A DNA stretch of 64,000 nt from an uncultured bacterium. Lineage in GTDB: Bacteria > Babelota > Babeliae > Babelales > Babelaceae. A model generated the notes under the pieces. It was given only the letters and a program-made list of their open reading frames with translations. It searched no databases and had not been told where the DNA came from. The translations under genes were made by a program, and so were the position numbers. Positions 35,801-45,569 of the stretch are shown piece by piece; positions within the stretch are counted from its first letter, which is position 1; each line of letters opens with the position of its first letter. The stretch lies in contig OY970209.1 of the NCBI GenBank assembly GCA_963713855.1, forward strand, positions 640,001 to 704,000, given 5' to 3'.

Positions 35801-36120
35801 GTTATATCGTTTGAAACATTAGCACTTGCAAGATATAAGCCGTTAGGGGAAAATGCTACTCCATAAGGTCCCTGGGAAGTAGTTGGTAATAAATAGCTAT
35901 TTGATGATCCCGTTTTTGCATTAAAGAGAGTCACATTGCTTGAGTTTACATTGGCACTTGCTATATAAGAACCGTCTGGAGAATAGGCGATTCCCATCGG
36001 GTTTATGCCAGCGGGTGATGTATAGCTTGTTCCGGTTAGTCGACAGAGTGCAGGGTGCAACGAAAAGTGAAAAAAACACAAGCTAAGAAACAAAGTGTAC
36101 TTCAAATGAAATGTTAGCAT
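32813..36120 (-). CDS. Membrane-anchored 21-bladed (3x7) beta-propeller protein, frameshift near 34295
   Basis: ORFs 34252..36189 and 32813..34228 join if a G is added to a G4 run; 21 repeats counted; C-terminal TM plus YKYRFRHR. Confidence 0.8.
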
Positions 36121-36250
36121 CAAAAAACTCTCCATTTTCTTGACCAGATCAGCAACGGTCCTACTCGATATTGTCGCTGATTTAAGCACGCTGCTATCAG
36201 GTTGTCAAGTTAGGTTCCTACGTGAGAGACATAGAATGGAATGCATTAAA

Positions 36251-36278
36251 TTGACTATTGCAAATTGAGCATTATGCT
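36251..36278 (+). promoter_or_regulatory. Sigma70-like promoter (duplicated at 39834)
   Basis: TTGACT-N16-TATGCT upstream of 36316; homologous TTGACT-N16-GATGCT at 39834..39861. Confidence 0.5.
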
Positions 36279-36315
36279 GATGAGGAGAATATTTTAGTAA
36301 ACAAAGTGAAAACAT

Positions 36316-38286
36316 ATGAAAAAAATACTGATTGGTTTATTGCTGCTTTTCCATGGGGTTGGGATCTGGTGCATGGAGGGACAACCCGCAGAAGATCAGC
36401 CTTTGGGCTATCAACGGCGTCAAGAATTAATGGAGTTACTTGAAAGTGCTGTCAGCGCCGGTAACTTAGAACCTCTTGTTCGGCTTTTCAAAATGCTTAA
36501 GCTTAATTATGCTTCTTATGATGAATATGTACTTGAGACATTCCAAATTGCTGCGAGGGCAGGTCACTTGCATGTCCTTGAGTGGCTTGATCAAAAAGTG
36601 CGCGGTGTTCTTGAAATTGATTCGATTTTTAATTGTGTAACTTGTGTTGCAGCAATAGCGATCACTGCTTCACAAACTGGCCGAGCAGAGTTGTTAGATT
36701 GGCTTGTTTCTTATGGCAGAGAAAAATATGGCTTGAGCGAAGATTTGATTAAGCAGTGGATTATGCACCGGGGCTTTACGTCTCGAGCTTTAGAAGAACA
36801 AAGTGAGGCTTTTGGTGAATTGGCTTGTCTGGAATCTCTAAATACGTTTGTTGAGGCAGCTTTGCAAGGAAGAATTGCGGTTTTGATGTGGTTTAAAGTT
36901 AATTGTCCTTCGATTCTTACTTCCGAATACTTAGATCAAGCCGCATCCGAGGCGGCGGCTTCCTGTCAAGTCGAAACATTAGAATGGTTAGTAGCTCATG
37001 GTGCTAATATAAATATCAGGGAATATAGTGCTCCAATACATGAAGCCGCCGCAGGCCTGGACGACGCATCAAAACATTACCTCAAGTCTTTTGATAGCGT
37101 TATTGATGTTTTTAAATGGCTTTTAGAGCATGGTACTGCAATCGATCACACGTGTCAGAACTCCGCAAGCGGGCCTTGGCAAGCAATTGATACTGCTTTT
37201 GCTTATGCAGTAAGTCCTTCACCATTTTTTAGAGACCGACATATACATTCTTTGCCATTTGATAGCATATTCTGGCTCATTCTTCATGGGGCTTCATCAG
37301 AAGGATTTTTTAACTCCACTCTTCAGTTGAGAAGTACTCCTGGACAGTTCTATGCGGATCGATATGCTGGTAAGCCACTTTTATATGCATTGCTGTTAGG
37401 GGACAATGAGACGGCAAAGAGCGAGTTAGAGATTTTTCAAGGTCAAGACAATGAACTGAAGGAAGCTATCTTGCTCATGATTGCATTGCAACGGGAAGAT
37501 GTACTAGATCGCGCTTTCGGTAAGTATAGCTTGTTTATGGCGGATATTTGGGAAGATATGCTTGAAGTGGCTGCGTGCACCAGAAACCTCAAGCTTTTTA
37601 AAAAAATATACGCATTTATCCTTGGCCAGACTCGAAAGCAGATCGAAGCGGGCAAAGAAGATGCAGAAGAGCGTTTTAGTAGGGCTCTTGAAGTTGGCTT
37701 ACGGTGGAGCGCGATAAGCAGAGCAGAACCACTCTTTTACTTTTTACTTGAAAGAGCGGTAGCGTATGGTCGCGTGCCTGATATACGTCTTTCAGCAGTG
37801 GGATCTATGGTTGCTAGGATATTAAGGTACCACGATCGATTGGCAAGGGAAAACCGAGGAGAATTGCTACAATCGCATGAGTATGCGATGTTTACGCGCA
37901 TGAGAGACTGTCTTAGAAGGGCTACTTATCTACAACTAAGTGCAGGCGTCTATCACACAAGGCCGGGGTTTGATGACGCAAATAATCGGTTAACGAATCT
38001 CATGACACAGATTGCCCAGGGAGTGTCTGAAGAAATAGAAAGACGGGAAATGCCTAGAGAAATAGCAGAGCTCATTATGAGTTTTATATTAGGTCCATCT
38101 AATGCTGAACCGGAGACAAATGTTCGGGAACGTGAAGCTATACATTCATTTAACCCGGGTACTTTATTAGAAACCGCAAGTTCGGCCGTTGAGAATGTGA
38201 TAATATCGCATCCAAGAATAGCGTTTGTGGCAATGATGCTTATTATGTATGCAATGAATGGTTGGACTTCATCTTCAAATATGTAG
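36316..38286 (+). CDS. Secreted ankyrin protein with C-terminal F-box-like motif and TM helix
   Basis: Signal peptide; WLVAHGANIN, WLLEHGTAID; EMPREIAELIMSFI; paralogue of 30875 and 39956. Confidence 0.8.
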   Translation: MKKILIGLLLLFHGVGIWCMEGQPAEDQPLGYQRRQELMELLESAVSAGNLEPLVRLFKMLKLNYASYDEYVLETFQIAARAGHLHVLEWLDQKVRGVLEIDSIFNCVTCVAAIAITASQTGRAELLDWLVSYGREKYGLSEDLIKQWIMHRGFTSRALEEQSEAFGELACLESLNTFVEAALQGRIAVLMWFKVNCPSILTSEYLDQAASEAAASCQVETLEWLVAHGANINIREYSAPIHEAAAGLDDASKHYLKSFDSVIDVFKWLLEHGTAIDHTCQNSASGPWQAIDTAFAYAVSPSPFFRDRHIHSLPFDSIFWLILHGASSEGFFNSTLQLRSTPGQFYADRYAGKPLLYALLLGDNETAKSELEIFQGQDNELKEAILLMIALQREDVLDRAFGKYSLFMADIWEDMLEVAACTRNLKLFKKIYAFILGQTRKQIEAGKEDAEERFSRALEVGLRWSAISRAEPLFYFLLERAVAYGRVPDIRLSAVGSMVARILRYHDRLARENRGELLQSHEYAMFTRMRDCLRRATYLQLSAGVYHTRPGFDDANNRLTNLMTQIAQGVSEEIERREMPREIAELIMSFILGPSNAEPETNVREREAIHSFNPGTLLETASSAVENVIISHPRIAFVAMMLIMYAMNGWTSSSNM

Positions 38287-38345
38287 CGGCATACTCACTG
38301 CACCCATTTAAAAAAACACTTTGTTTTTTGATAAGAAATTATTCG

Positions 38346-38431
38346 ATGCTTTGAATTTGAACCATGAGTATCCAGAAAATGCTTTGAATTTTAGCCATAA
38401 CCTGATAAAATATGGTTTGAAATTCGACCAA
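38346..38431 (+). repeat. Three 20-bp direct repeats with exact 33-bp period
   Basis: ATGCTTTGAATTTGAACCAT (38346), ATGCTTTGAATTTTAGCCAT (38379), ATGGTTTGAAATTCGACCAA (38412). Confidence 0.75.
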
Positions 38432-38442
38432 CTCGGGGTGCT

Positions 38443-39780
38443 ATGAAGAGATTTATTGACCGCATCCTTTTTGACTGGAAGGAAAAAGATACCAGAAAGC
38501 CGCTTCTTCTACGCGGGGCTCGCCAGGTAGGAAAAACGCATGCTGTTCGTGAGCTTGGTAAATCTTTTGAGGGTTATGTTGAGATCAATTTTGAAGTTAT
38601 GCCTCGCGCAAAAGCGATTTTTGAGAAAGATCTTGCTCCTGAAAGGATTACCCAAGAACTTTCGCTTATTACTGAAAAAAAAATAGTGCCGGGAAAAACG
38701 CTTCTTTTTTTTGATGAGGTTCAGGCTGCGCCAAATGTGATAATTGCGCTTCGTTATTTTTATGAGATGATGCCGGATCTGCATGTCATTGCTGCGGGCT
38801 CACTTCTTGACTTTGCGATTCAAGCAGTTGGTATTCCTGTTGGAAGGGTCGTTTCTCTTTACATGTATCCGATGACGTTCATAGAATTTTTGTATGCTCT
38901 TGGACATGAGCTTCTTGCTGCTGAAATTATGCGCCATACTTTTACCGAGCCAATAGCTCTGTCAGTTCACGAAAAAGCTCTCGAACTTCTTGGTTATTAT
39001 CTTGCTATCGGTGGGATGCCTGAAGTGGTAGCATGTTTTAAAGAAACCAAAAATGCGTTGGAGTGTGCTCTTATACTCCATACGCTTATAGATACTTATC
39101 GCCAGGATTTTGGTAAATATGCGCAAGAATTTCAAGTAAAATATGTAGACCTTTTGTTTAACTACGTGCCTCGATTGCTTGGACAACGATTTAGATATAG
39201 CGCGATTGAGGGCGATTACCGCAAAAGAGAATTGGCTCCAGCTCTCGACTTGCTGGTCATGGCAGGCATTGTACACTCCGTCGTAAACACGGGTGCGCAT
39301 GGTACGCCTTTGGGGGCTGAGGCTGACAGGCAGCATTTTAAAGCAATTTTTATAGATGTGGCTCTTGCCCAGGCTATTCTAGGCGTTAAAATAAGCGAAT
39401 GGATTTTAAACCCCCTCGAGGCCATTGTTAATAAAGGTGCTCTTGTCGAATCTTTCGTTGGCCAGGAGCTCTTAGGTTACAGTTATCCCTATATGAAGGA
39501 GCGGCTTTATTACTGGCAAAGACAGTCGCGCGGAAGTCAGGCGGAGGTTGATTATGTTATTCAAGAAAATGAGCTCATAATACCAATCGAGGTAAAGGGT
39601 GGCAAAAGCTCTACTCTTTTAAGTATGCATGCATTCCTTAATTCACATCAGAGTTCCCCCTTTGGTCTTCGTTTTTCGGTACGTAATTATGCAGCTCACG
39701 AGAAAATACGTTCTTATCCGCTTTACGCAATTGCCGCAGCAATTGGTGGGCCCAGTAAAAGTGGCCGACTAGCTTTGTGA
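38443..39780 (+). CDS. AAA_14 ATPase with DUF4143 (PD-(D/E)xK-like) C-terminal domain
   Basis: Walker A GARQVGKT, Walker B LLFFDEVQ, IGGMPE, AEVDYVI...IPIEVKGG. Confidence 0.92.
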   Translation: MKRFIDRILFDWKEKDTRKPLLLRGARQVGKTHAVRELGKSFEGYVEINFEVMPRAKAIFEKDLAPERITQELSLITEKKIVPGKTLLFFDEVQAAPNVIIALRYFYEMMPDLHVIAAGSLLDFAIQAVGIPVGRVVSLYMYPMTFIEFLYALGHELLAAEIMRHTFTEPIALSVHEKALELLGYYLAIGGMPEVVACFKETKNALECALILHTLIDTYRQDFGKYAQEFQVKYVDLLFNYVPRLLGQRFRYSAIEGDYRKRELAPALDLLVMAGIVHSVVNTGAHGTPLGAEADRQHFKAIFIDVALAQAILGVKISEWILNPLEAIVNKGALVESFVGQELLGYSYPYMKERLYYWQRQSRGSQAEVDYVIQENELIIPIEVKGGKSSTLLSMHAFLNSHQSSPFGLRFSVRNYAAHEKIRSYPLYAIAAAIGGPSKSGRLAL

Positions 39781-39955
39781 GCTATTTTGTCAAAGGACTC
39801 TGATTATAGTTTCTTCAGTGCTAAATTCATTGGTTGACTATTGCAAATTGAGCATGATGCTGATGAATAGATGATTTTAGTAAACAAAGTGAAAATGTAT
39901 TAAAAAAGTATTGATGAGCGCATTGCTACTTTTCTATTGAGCTGGCATCTGGTCT

Positions 39956-41865
39956 ATGGAGGGACAACCCACACAAGAGCAAAAGCATCAGAAATTAATA
40001 GATCAGGCTAAAGAGGGCCGGACAATAAATTATGAATTAGTAATGTTACTCAAGGCCGCAATCGAATCTGGTAGTGCAGGGGAGGAATGCATTAGAAAGC
40101 TTAATGTAATTGAGCAGGATAAGGAGTCAGATTCTTACGATGATGAGTATATAGTTTCATTATTCAAAATAGCCGCAGAAATGGGTGAGCTTAGGGTTCT
40201 TGAATGGCTTGATCAAAATATATACCCTATTGATGAGGTTGATAAAAACTATGGTTGTGCAATAAGGATTGCAGCCATAGTAATCGGCGCCGTTCAAGCT
40301 GGCCATCAAGAGGTATTAGATTGGCTTATTTCTTATTGCAGAGAAAAGTATCGCTTCGGCGAAGATTTGACCAAGAAATACATCATCTACCAAGGCTATA
40401 TGAAAACCGCGAGGTCTTCGAGATTCTTAATTTGGGCTATTTTGATATTCTTTTTGAGGCAGCTTACCATGGTAGTATTTCCGTTTTAATATGGTTGAAA
40501 GTTAATTGTCCTTCCCTTCTTACTCCTGACTTTCTAAATGTGGCAGCTTGCTATGCAGATAGAAATCGTCAAATTGAAGCAATAGAATGGCTAGTAGAGA
40601 ATGGCGCTAATATAAATGATAGGGATTGTGAATTTCCCATGCATGAGGCTGCAAATAACCTTAACACCGCTTCAGACCTTTCCGTTGAGTCCTCTAATAG
40701 CGCTGTTGATACATTTAAATGGCTATTAGAGCGCGGTACCCCCATCGATATCAGTAGTATGAACGATGCTGGACCATTGTTGCAACCGCTTGACGCTGCT
40801 TTTTCTAATTTAACAGATGGTACTCGTGGCCAAGATGAGCCTTTTTTATCTTATGACAGCGTATTCTGGCTCGTTCTCTATGGGGCTTCATCGGAAGATT
40901 GTTCTGCATCCGCGTACTGGTTTAGGTTACTGTATGCTTCTAAGCCGCTTCTATTGGCACTATTATTAGGTGAAAATGAGAAAGCAAAGACTGAGTTAGA
41001 GAAGTTTAAAGGCAGAGACCACGAACTTCAGGCAGCTATTTTGCTCATGATCGCATTGCAACGCGAAGAAATACTGGATGCTGCCTTGCAAAGCCATGGA
41101 TCTTCCGTAGAGGATATTTGGGAAGACCTATTTGAAGTTGCAGCATGTACCAGAAATCTTGAGCTTTTGAAGAAAATATATTCATTTGTTTATGGCCAGC
41201 TTAAAGCTGGTAAAGAAGGTGCCGAAGGTTTTAGAAGAGCGCTTGAAGTTGGCTTACGTTGGAGTGTAATTAGTAGAGCAGAACCACTCTTTTATTTTTT
41301 GTTGGAAAGAGCGATAGCGTATGGCCACGCGCCGAATATACGGCTTTCCGCAGTGGGATCTATGGTTACAGGAATAGTAAGGTATCACGATCGGTTGGCG
41401 AGAGAAAATCGAGGAGAATTGCTGCAATCGCACGAGTATGCGATGTTCAGGCGGATGAGAGATTGTCTGAGAAGAGCGACTTATCTACAACTAAGTGCTG
41501 GAGTGCATCACACTCGATCGGGGTTTAATGATGCAAATATTCGGTTAACCAATCTGATAAGAAATGTTGTACATGCAGTGCCGTCAGAACACGAGGAGCC
41601 TCAAGAAATAGCAGTCCGCGAAATACCTCGGGAAGTAGCGGAGCTTATTATTAATTTCATACTAGGTCCTTCTAACGCTCCGCCCCAAACTGTTGCGGAA
41701 ACTCGGGATTTACGGTCACATTTTTTTAATATGGGCATTGCTTCTTTAGAAAGAGTGCGCGATAGCATAGCTAATTTGATAACGTCTCACCCGAGAATAA
41801 CGTTGGTGGCAATGATGCTTATGATGTACGCGATGAACAGTTGGACTTCATCTTCAAATATGTAA
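39956..41865 (+). CDS. Ankyrin/F-box-like/TM paralogue with disabled signal peptide and a frameshift near 40400 (possible pseudogene)
   Basis: ORFs 39956..40489 and 40255..41865; long identical stretches with 36316 (RYHDRLARENRGELLQSHEYAMF; WTSSSNM). Confidence 0.75.
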
Positions 41866-42000
41866 TGGTTTATTTACTGGGCTGTGTGCAGCTAAAAAAA
41901 TTGCTTCAGTTACTTCTCAACTTAAAAATAATGGCCTCATTATATAAGTAATCTTACCACCATCGAAATCATCTAGGAAAATTTTGAATTGCTTATTTGA

Positions 42001-42042
42001 GCATTTACTTGTAAGATGGTAAATAAATCTTACAAGTAATGC
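42001..42042. promoter_or_regulatory. Inverted repeat (operator-like)
   Basis: TACTTGTAAGAT-N9-ATCTTACAAGTA perfect 12-bp arms, extendable to GCAT/ATGC with one bulge. Confidence 0.5.
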
Positions 42043-42095
42043 ATTATTGATTAAAACTGCTCAAGATCCTTATGGACTTTAGCACGAAGGTATTT

Positions 42096-42635
42096 ATGAA
42101 ACTCTTTTTTTGCACCGTCATGGCATTACTCTGGTTTACGGGTAGCCTTCTTTCAAATATTCAACTGCCTGACGGTGAATATCGTAAAACATGTGACTGT
42201 TCTTTTGAGCACCCAAAACAGCTTGCGTGCTTATGCTTAAAGGACCTTGGAATGCGGGAGTATAGTGAAATTGATCCGGTTACTTGCAGTGGTCAGGAGA
42301 TCGTTAATTCTCAAGGAAAACTGATGTGCCGTCAATACTCACGCGACAGGTTGCCTCAAGGTTCTTATATCGACTCATGTTACGATTGTGCCTATGTGGA
42401 TCCGGACAAGCTTTCATGTCTCTGTCGACGTGTGCATGAGCGCTCCAGTATTGATCCAAGAGTCTGCCAAGATAAAGACATAGTAAACTGCGGTGGGTTT
42501 TTAGGATGTAAAGGCATCTGTGAGCTTCAAGAAAATCGCGATATCCCGAACTTTGCACTTCCTCTTGGAGTGCTTGTCGTCATTGTGTTGTTGTATCACC
42601 TTAAAACTCGACACAAGCTTCACGTACTAGGGTAG
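42096..42635 (+). CDS. Membrane-anchored CVNH (cyanovirin-N)-like repeat protein
   Basis: Two repeats LPxGxY..xC.C.....L.C.C......SxID...C...xIVN..GxLxC; signal peptide; C-terminal TM plus basic tail. Confidence 0.65.
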   Translation: MKLFFCTVMALLWFTGSLLSNIQLPDGEYRKTCDCSFEHPKQLACLCLKDLGMREYSEIDPVTCSGQEIVNSQGKLMCRQYSRDRLPQGSYIDSCYDCAYVDPDKLSCLCRRVHERSSIDPRVCQDKDIVNCGGFLGCKGICELQENRDIPNFALPLGVLVVIVLLYHLKTRHKLHVLG

Positions 42636-43262
42636 ATAAGCACCTGTAGGGCTGAGCGCATCAGATGGAAGCTTTCCTTGATCCATTAACTTCTCTAATA
42701 ATGGAAGATAATATTCATCAGGGGAATCAAAAAAAGATTTTCCAGGATACAAATCAGTTATCTTCGATTCACCTTCCGTCATAAACATTAAAACGGAAAC
42801 ACCCAGAAGTATAACGGCAAACAAAGCATGCGTTCCCAAACAGCCTTTACGTAAATCTGCATCGTATTTACTTACAGCATCTTTATTTCTAACAATGGTT
42901 GCCCAAAAAGCTGTTGTAAGAGCAAAGAAGATCGCAAGTGGTACAGATACAAATGTCCCTCGATTGTAAAAGCCACGTGAATGACTTGCGTGGTACCAGT
43001 CTGTTTTTACCGTTTCAAAAAGCTTTGCAGCTTCTTCTTCAGAGAGAGTTTGGATATGCTTAAACGTGCTGTTTAAGGCATTATTAAAAGTTGTTTCGTT
43101 CCAGTCCCTATTATAAGCAAGCTTGAACTTGTGTAAGTAATCGATAAGCTCAGATGACTCAACTTGACGGCTAGGCGGAGTGGTTGACGCTTGTTGTGCG
43201 CCTAAATGTGTCATCGATGTCATTATAATCGTGGCGTAAAAAATAAATGAACATAGAATCAT
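42627..43262 (-). CDS. Hypothetical membrane protein
   Basis: 211-aa ORF with signal peptide and two TM helices; no family recognised. Confidence 0.6.
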   Translation of the reverse strand: MILCSFIFYATIIMTSMTHLGAQQASTTPPSRQVESSELIDYLHKFKLAYNRDWNETTFNNALNSTFKHIQTLSEEEAAKLFETVKTDWYHASHSRGFYNRGTFVSVPLAIFFALTTAFWATIVRNKDAVSKYDADLRKGCLGTHALFAVILLGVSVLMFMTEGESKITDLYPGKSFFDSPDEYYLPLLEKLMDQGKLPSDALSPTGAYLP

Positions 43263-43511
43263 TTTCTTCCTTCGAAAAATAGTACAAAAATAGCTTAACT
43301 CCCTTCATCGTTTTTGCAAATCATGTATCGTGCAAATCGAGATTTAGCTTTAATAATTCTGTCGTAATATTGGGTATTTTAAAGTACTGCAAATTTAAAC
43401 TTGTATGAAAAAGGTGCTTCAGATTTTAAGCCTGAATGGCGAATGCTTGATACGCTGAGGTTTTTCGATATCAGGAAAACGTCTAATATAATAGCATTTG
43501 AATAAGTCGAT

Positions 43512-43545
43512 AGCAGCCCGGCATCTATAGCCGGGCTGCTCTTTT
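43512..43545. terminator. Intrinsic terminator hairpin
   Basis: AGCAGCCCGGC-ATCTATA-GCCGGGCTGCT followed by CTTTT; downstream of minus-strand gene 43583. Confidence 0.7.
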
Positions 43546-43582
43546 GCTGTAAGTTATGAACGATATGGAAAGAGCCTACGGT

Positions 43583-44827
43583 CTATGAGGCCATGAGTTT
43601 TTGTGCTAGTTCTGTGTCATTGTTTATTGCCCAAACGAGTAACTCCGCTTTTTGATCATTTGAAAGATCTTCAAGTTTAATGTGTTGAGCGCTCAAAATG
43701 GTAGTGAGGTATTTTTTACTTAAAGGCATCGGAAGACGACTGACCGCTATCAGGATTTCCGAACTGCGAGCACCAGCCGAGATCAATTTTATAAAAAAGT
43801 GTTCACGGCCTGATTTTGCAAAAAACATGTCAAACCATTGATCTGCATTGAGCTGGACGCCGGCATTAAGAAGCGCTAAAGTAACTTCTAAAAGCTCGGC
43901 GCGAATAGCAGTTATAAGGTGATATGAGTTAGCTGTTGCTCCTTTTTCGATGAGAAAGAGCGCGTTTTCAGTCTGGCAACGTTCTATTATTCGCAAAAGA
44001 GCATCTTCTGGGATGTCTTCTTTTGATAAAGCGAATTCCTTGAAGGCTTCAAGGGTTTCTTTCTTGTTTTTTATAAGAAGGGCCAAAATTTGCCTTCTGT
44101 TTTCGGAATTGTGCTTAGCTCCTTGCTCGATAAAGAACTTAGCATGTTCCAGGTTTTGCGTACCATAGTTGTGAAGAACTGAGTTTAATGCTTTATTTAG
44201 GTCATAATTCTGCATTTTAAGGATTTTTGAGACAAGCTGGTTACCACACCGTTTATCGAGGTCAAAGGGTTTTTCTGCATCTCTCAACATATCTTGTGGC
44301 AATGTAGGGTAAACGCCCTTTTCAACAAGATCATGGGCCTCTTTGCATCCCTTTGAGTCGAGTGTTTTATAAAAAAGATCTGTATTGTTCTCCTGAATCT
44401 CATTAGCGGTCAAGTGAGCCCCAGCACTTTCAAGCACTTGAACGATCTCTTGATTGCCGTTCTTTTGTGCAAAATAGAGAAGACTCGAAGGTCTATGGTC
44501 CCGGCTGCAGTAATTGTACCAATCATCGTTCTCCGTGCACACTAAAAGCGCGTACTTATACTTATCGAGGCTTTCAGGTGTCGCTGACTCAATAAATAGC
44601 TGTGCCCAATCGAACTTTCCGTCAGCAATAGCATCTCCGATAAGTTCCACGATTCGGGAAGAACTAACTCGCCCACCTAAGCCCATAAGCTTTTGAGAAG
44701 CTTCGAGATTTCTTCCTTCTAGCGATTTGAGAAGAGCATCATTTACTAGTTCATTAGAAAAAGTTTTATTACAAAAGAGAGGTATGAAAAGAAGAAGTGC
44801 TATTAAATGGTGTGATGATTTTCTCAT
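43583..44827 (-). CDS. Secreted degenerate ankyrin-repeat protein
   Basis: Signal peptide; ankyrin-like ends EIVQVLESAGA, FFIEQGA, FLIEKGA, ALLNAGV. Confidence 0.65.
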   Translation of the reverse strand: MRKSSHHLIALLLFIPLFCNKTFSNELVNDALLKSLEGRNLEASQKLMGLGGRVSSSRIVELIGDAIADGKFDWAQLFIESATPESLDKYKYALLVCTENDDWYNYCSRDHRPSSLLYFAQKNGNQEIVQVLESAGAHLTANEIQENNTDLFYKTLDSKGCKEAHDLVEKGVYPTLPQDMLRDAEKPFDLDKRCGNQLVSKILKMQNYDLNKALNSVLHNYGTQNLEHAKFFIEQGAKHNSENRRQILALLIKNKKETLEAFKEFALSKEDIPEDALLRIIERCQTENALFLIEKGATANSYHLITAIRAELLEVTLALLNAGVQLNADQWFDMFFAKSGREHFFIKLISAGARSSEILIAVSRLPMPLSKKYLTTILSAQHIKLEDLSNDQKAELLVWAINNDTELAQKLMAS

Positions 44828-45118
44828 AAAAGTTCCTTTCAACTTAACTACCTGAGTTACAAGCACTCTTAAGCTACCGTTAGAAATAAGAATTTTTCAT
44901 GAAAAACCTTATACCACTAGTATACTTACTATTATGAAATACACAAGTATTCATGAACTTTAGATTCATCGCTAGAACCTGTCTTGAAGACGATCAACCT
45001 AATGCAAGAAAGCGTCGATTCGGCCAGTATCCCGCTCGAAAGCCTTGGTAGATTTTTAGAGCAACTAGAGGTCTTCCAGGTGAATCATAGTTATGAAGAT
45101 GAGCTCTAACTAAATATA

Positions 45119-45157
45119 AACGCTCTGCTAGATTTTCAAAATGCCTAGCAGAGCGTT
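45119..45157. terminator. Terminator-like hairpin
   Basis: AACGCTCTGCTAG-N13-CTAGCAGAGCGTT just downstream of the minus-strand gene ending at 45180. Confidence 0.6.
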
Positions 45158-45179
45158 AAGAAATTGAAAGCAAATTGCA

Positions 45180-45569
45180 TTACCGGCGTATATACCAGAA
45201 CACTAAAGCAAAAACTGCAAAGCGTGCAACATGATAGCCGGCATCGATTAAAAATGATGTCATGCTGCGGCCAGAAAATTGATAGTTAATGCCAATCGAT
45301 GGCGCAACAAACAGCAAGCCGATAACCAATGCTGCCTTTACTAAATCCGTCAATGAGCTTATGTTTTCATAAAGGTACGCAAAGCCAATAGCACTGACGA
45401 TTGTGTAAAAAAACGAGATAATAAATGGAGCAGTTCCTTTTGATTTGAACTCTTCAACACTCAAACCAAACTCCTTGCGCCACATTGACCCAAACAAATA
45501 AGGAGAGTACCAAAGACTTCCCAGTAAGAAACTTGCAACGCTTGCGATCGCAATTGCTAATATGTGCAT
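45180..45569 (-). CDS. DUF1761-family membrane protein
   Basis: LAIAIASVASFLLGSLWYSP.LFG.MW ... INYQF..RS...FLIDAGYH. Confidence 0.85.
   Translation of the reverse strand: MHILAIAIASVASFLLGSLWYSPYLFGSMWRKEFGLSVEEFKSKGTAPFIISFFYTIVSAIGFAYLYENISSLTDLVKAALVIGLLFVAPSIGINYQFSGRSMTSFLIDAGYHVARFAVFALVFWYIRR

Noticed and set aside
38346..38431. Mini CRISPR array
   Set aside because: Repeats are 20 bp and degenerate, spacers only 13 bp, and no cas genes are present
36316..41865. Diversity-generating retroelement template/variable repeat pair
   Set aside because: Differences are not adenine-specific, similarity spans whole genes and promoters, and no reverse transcriptase is present
44935..45110. 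Small plus-strand gene upstream of the 45119 hairpin
   Set aside because: Only short broken frames without a convincing start or recognisable motif
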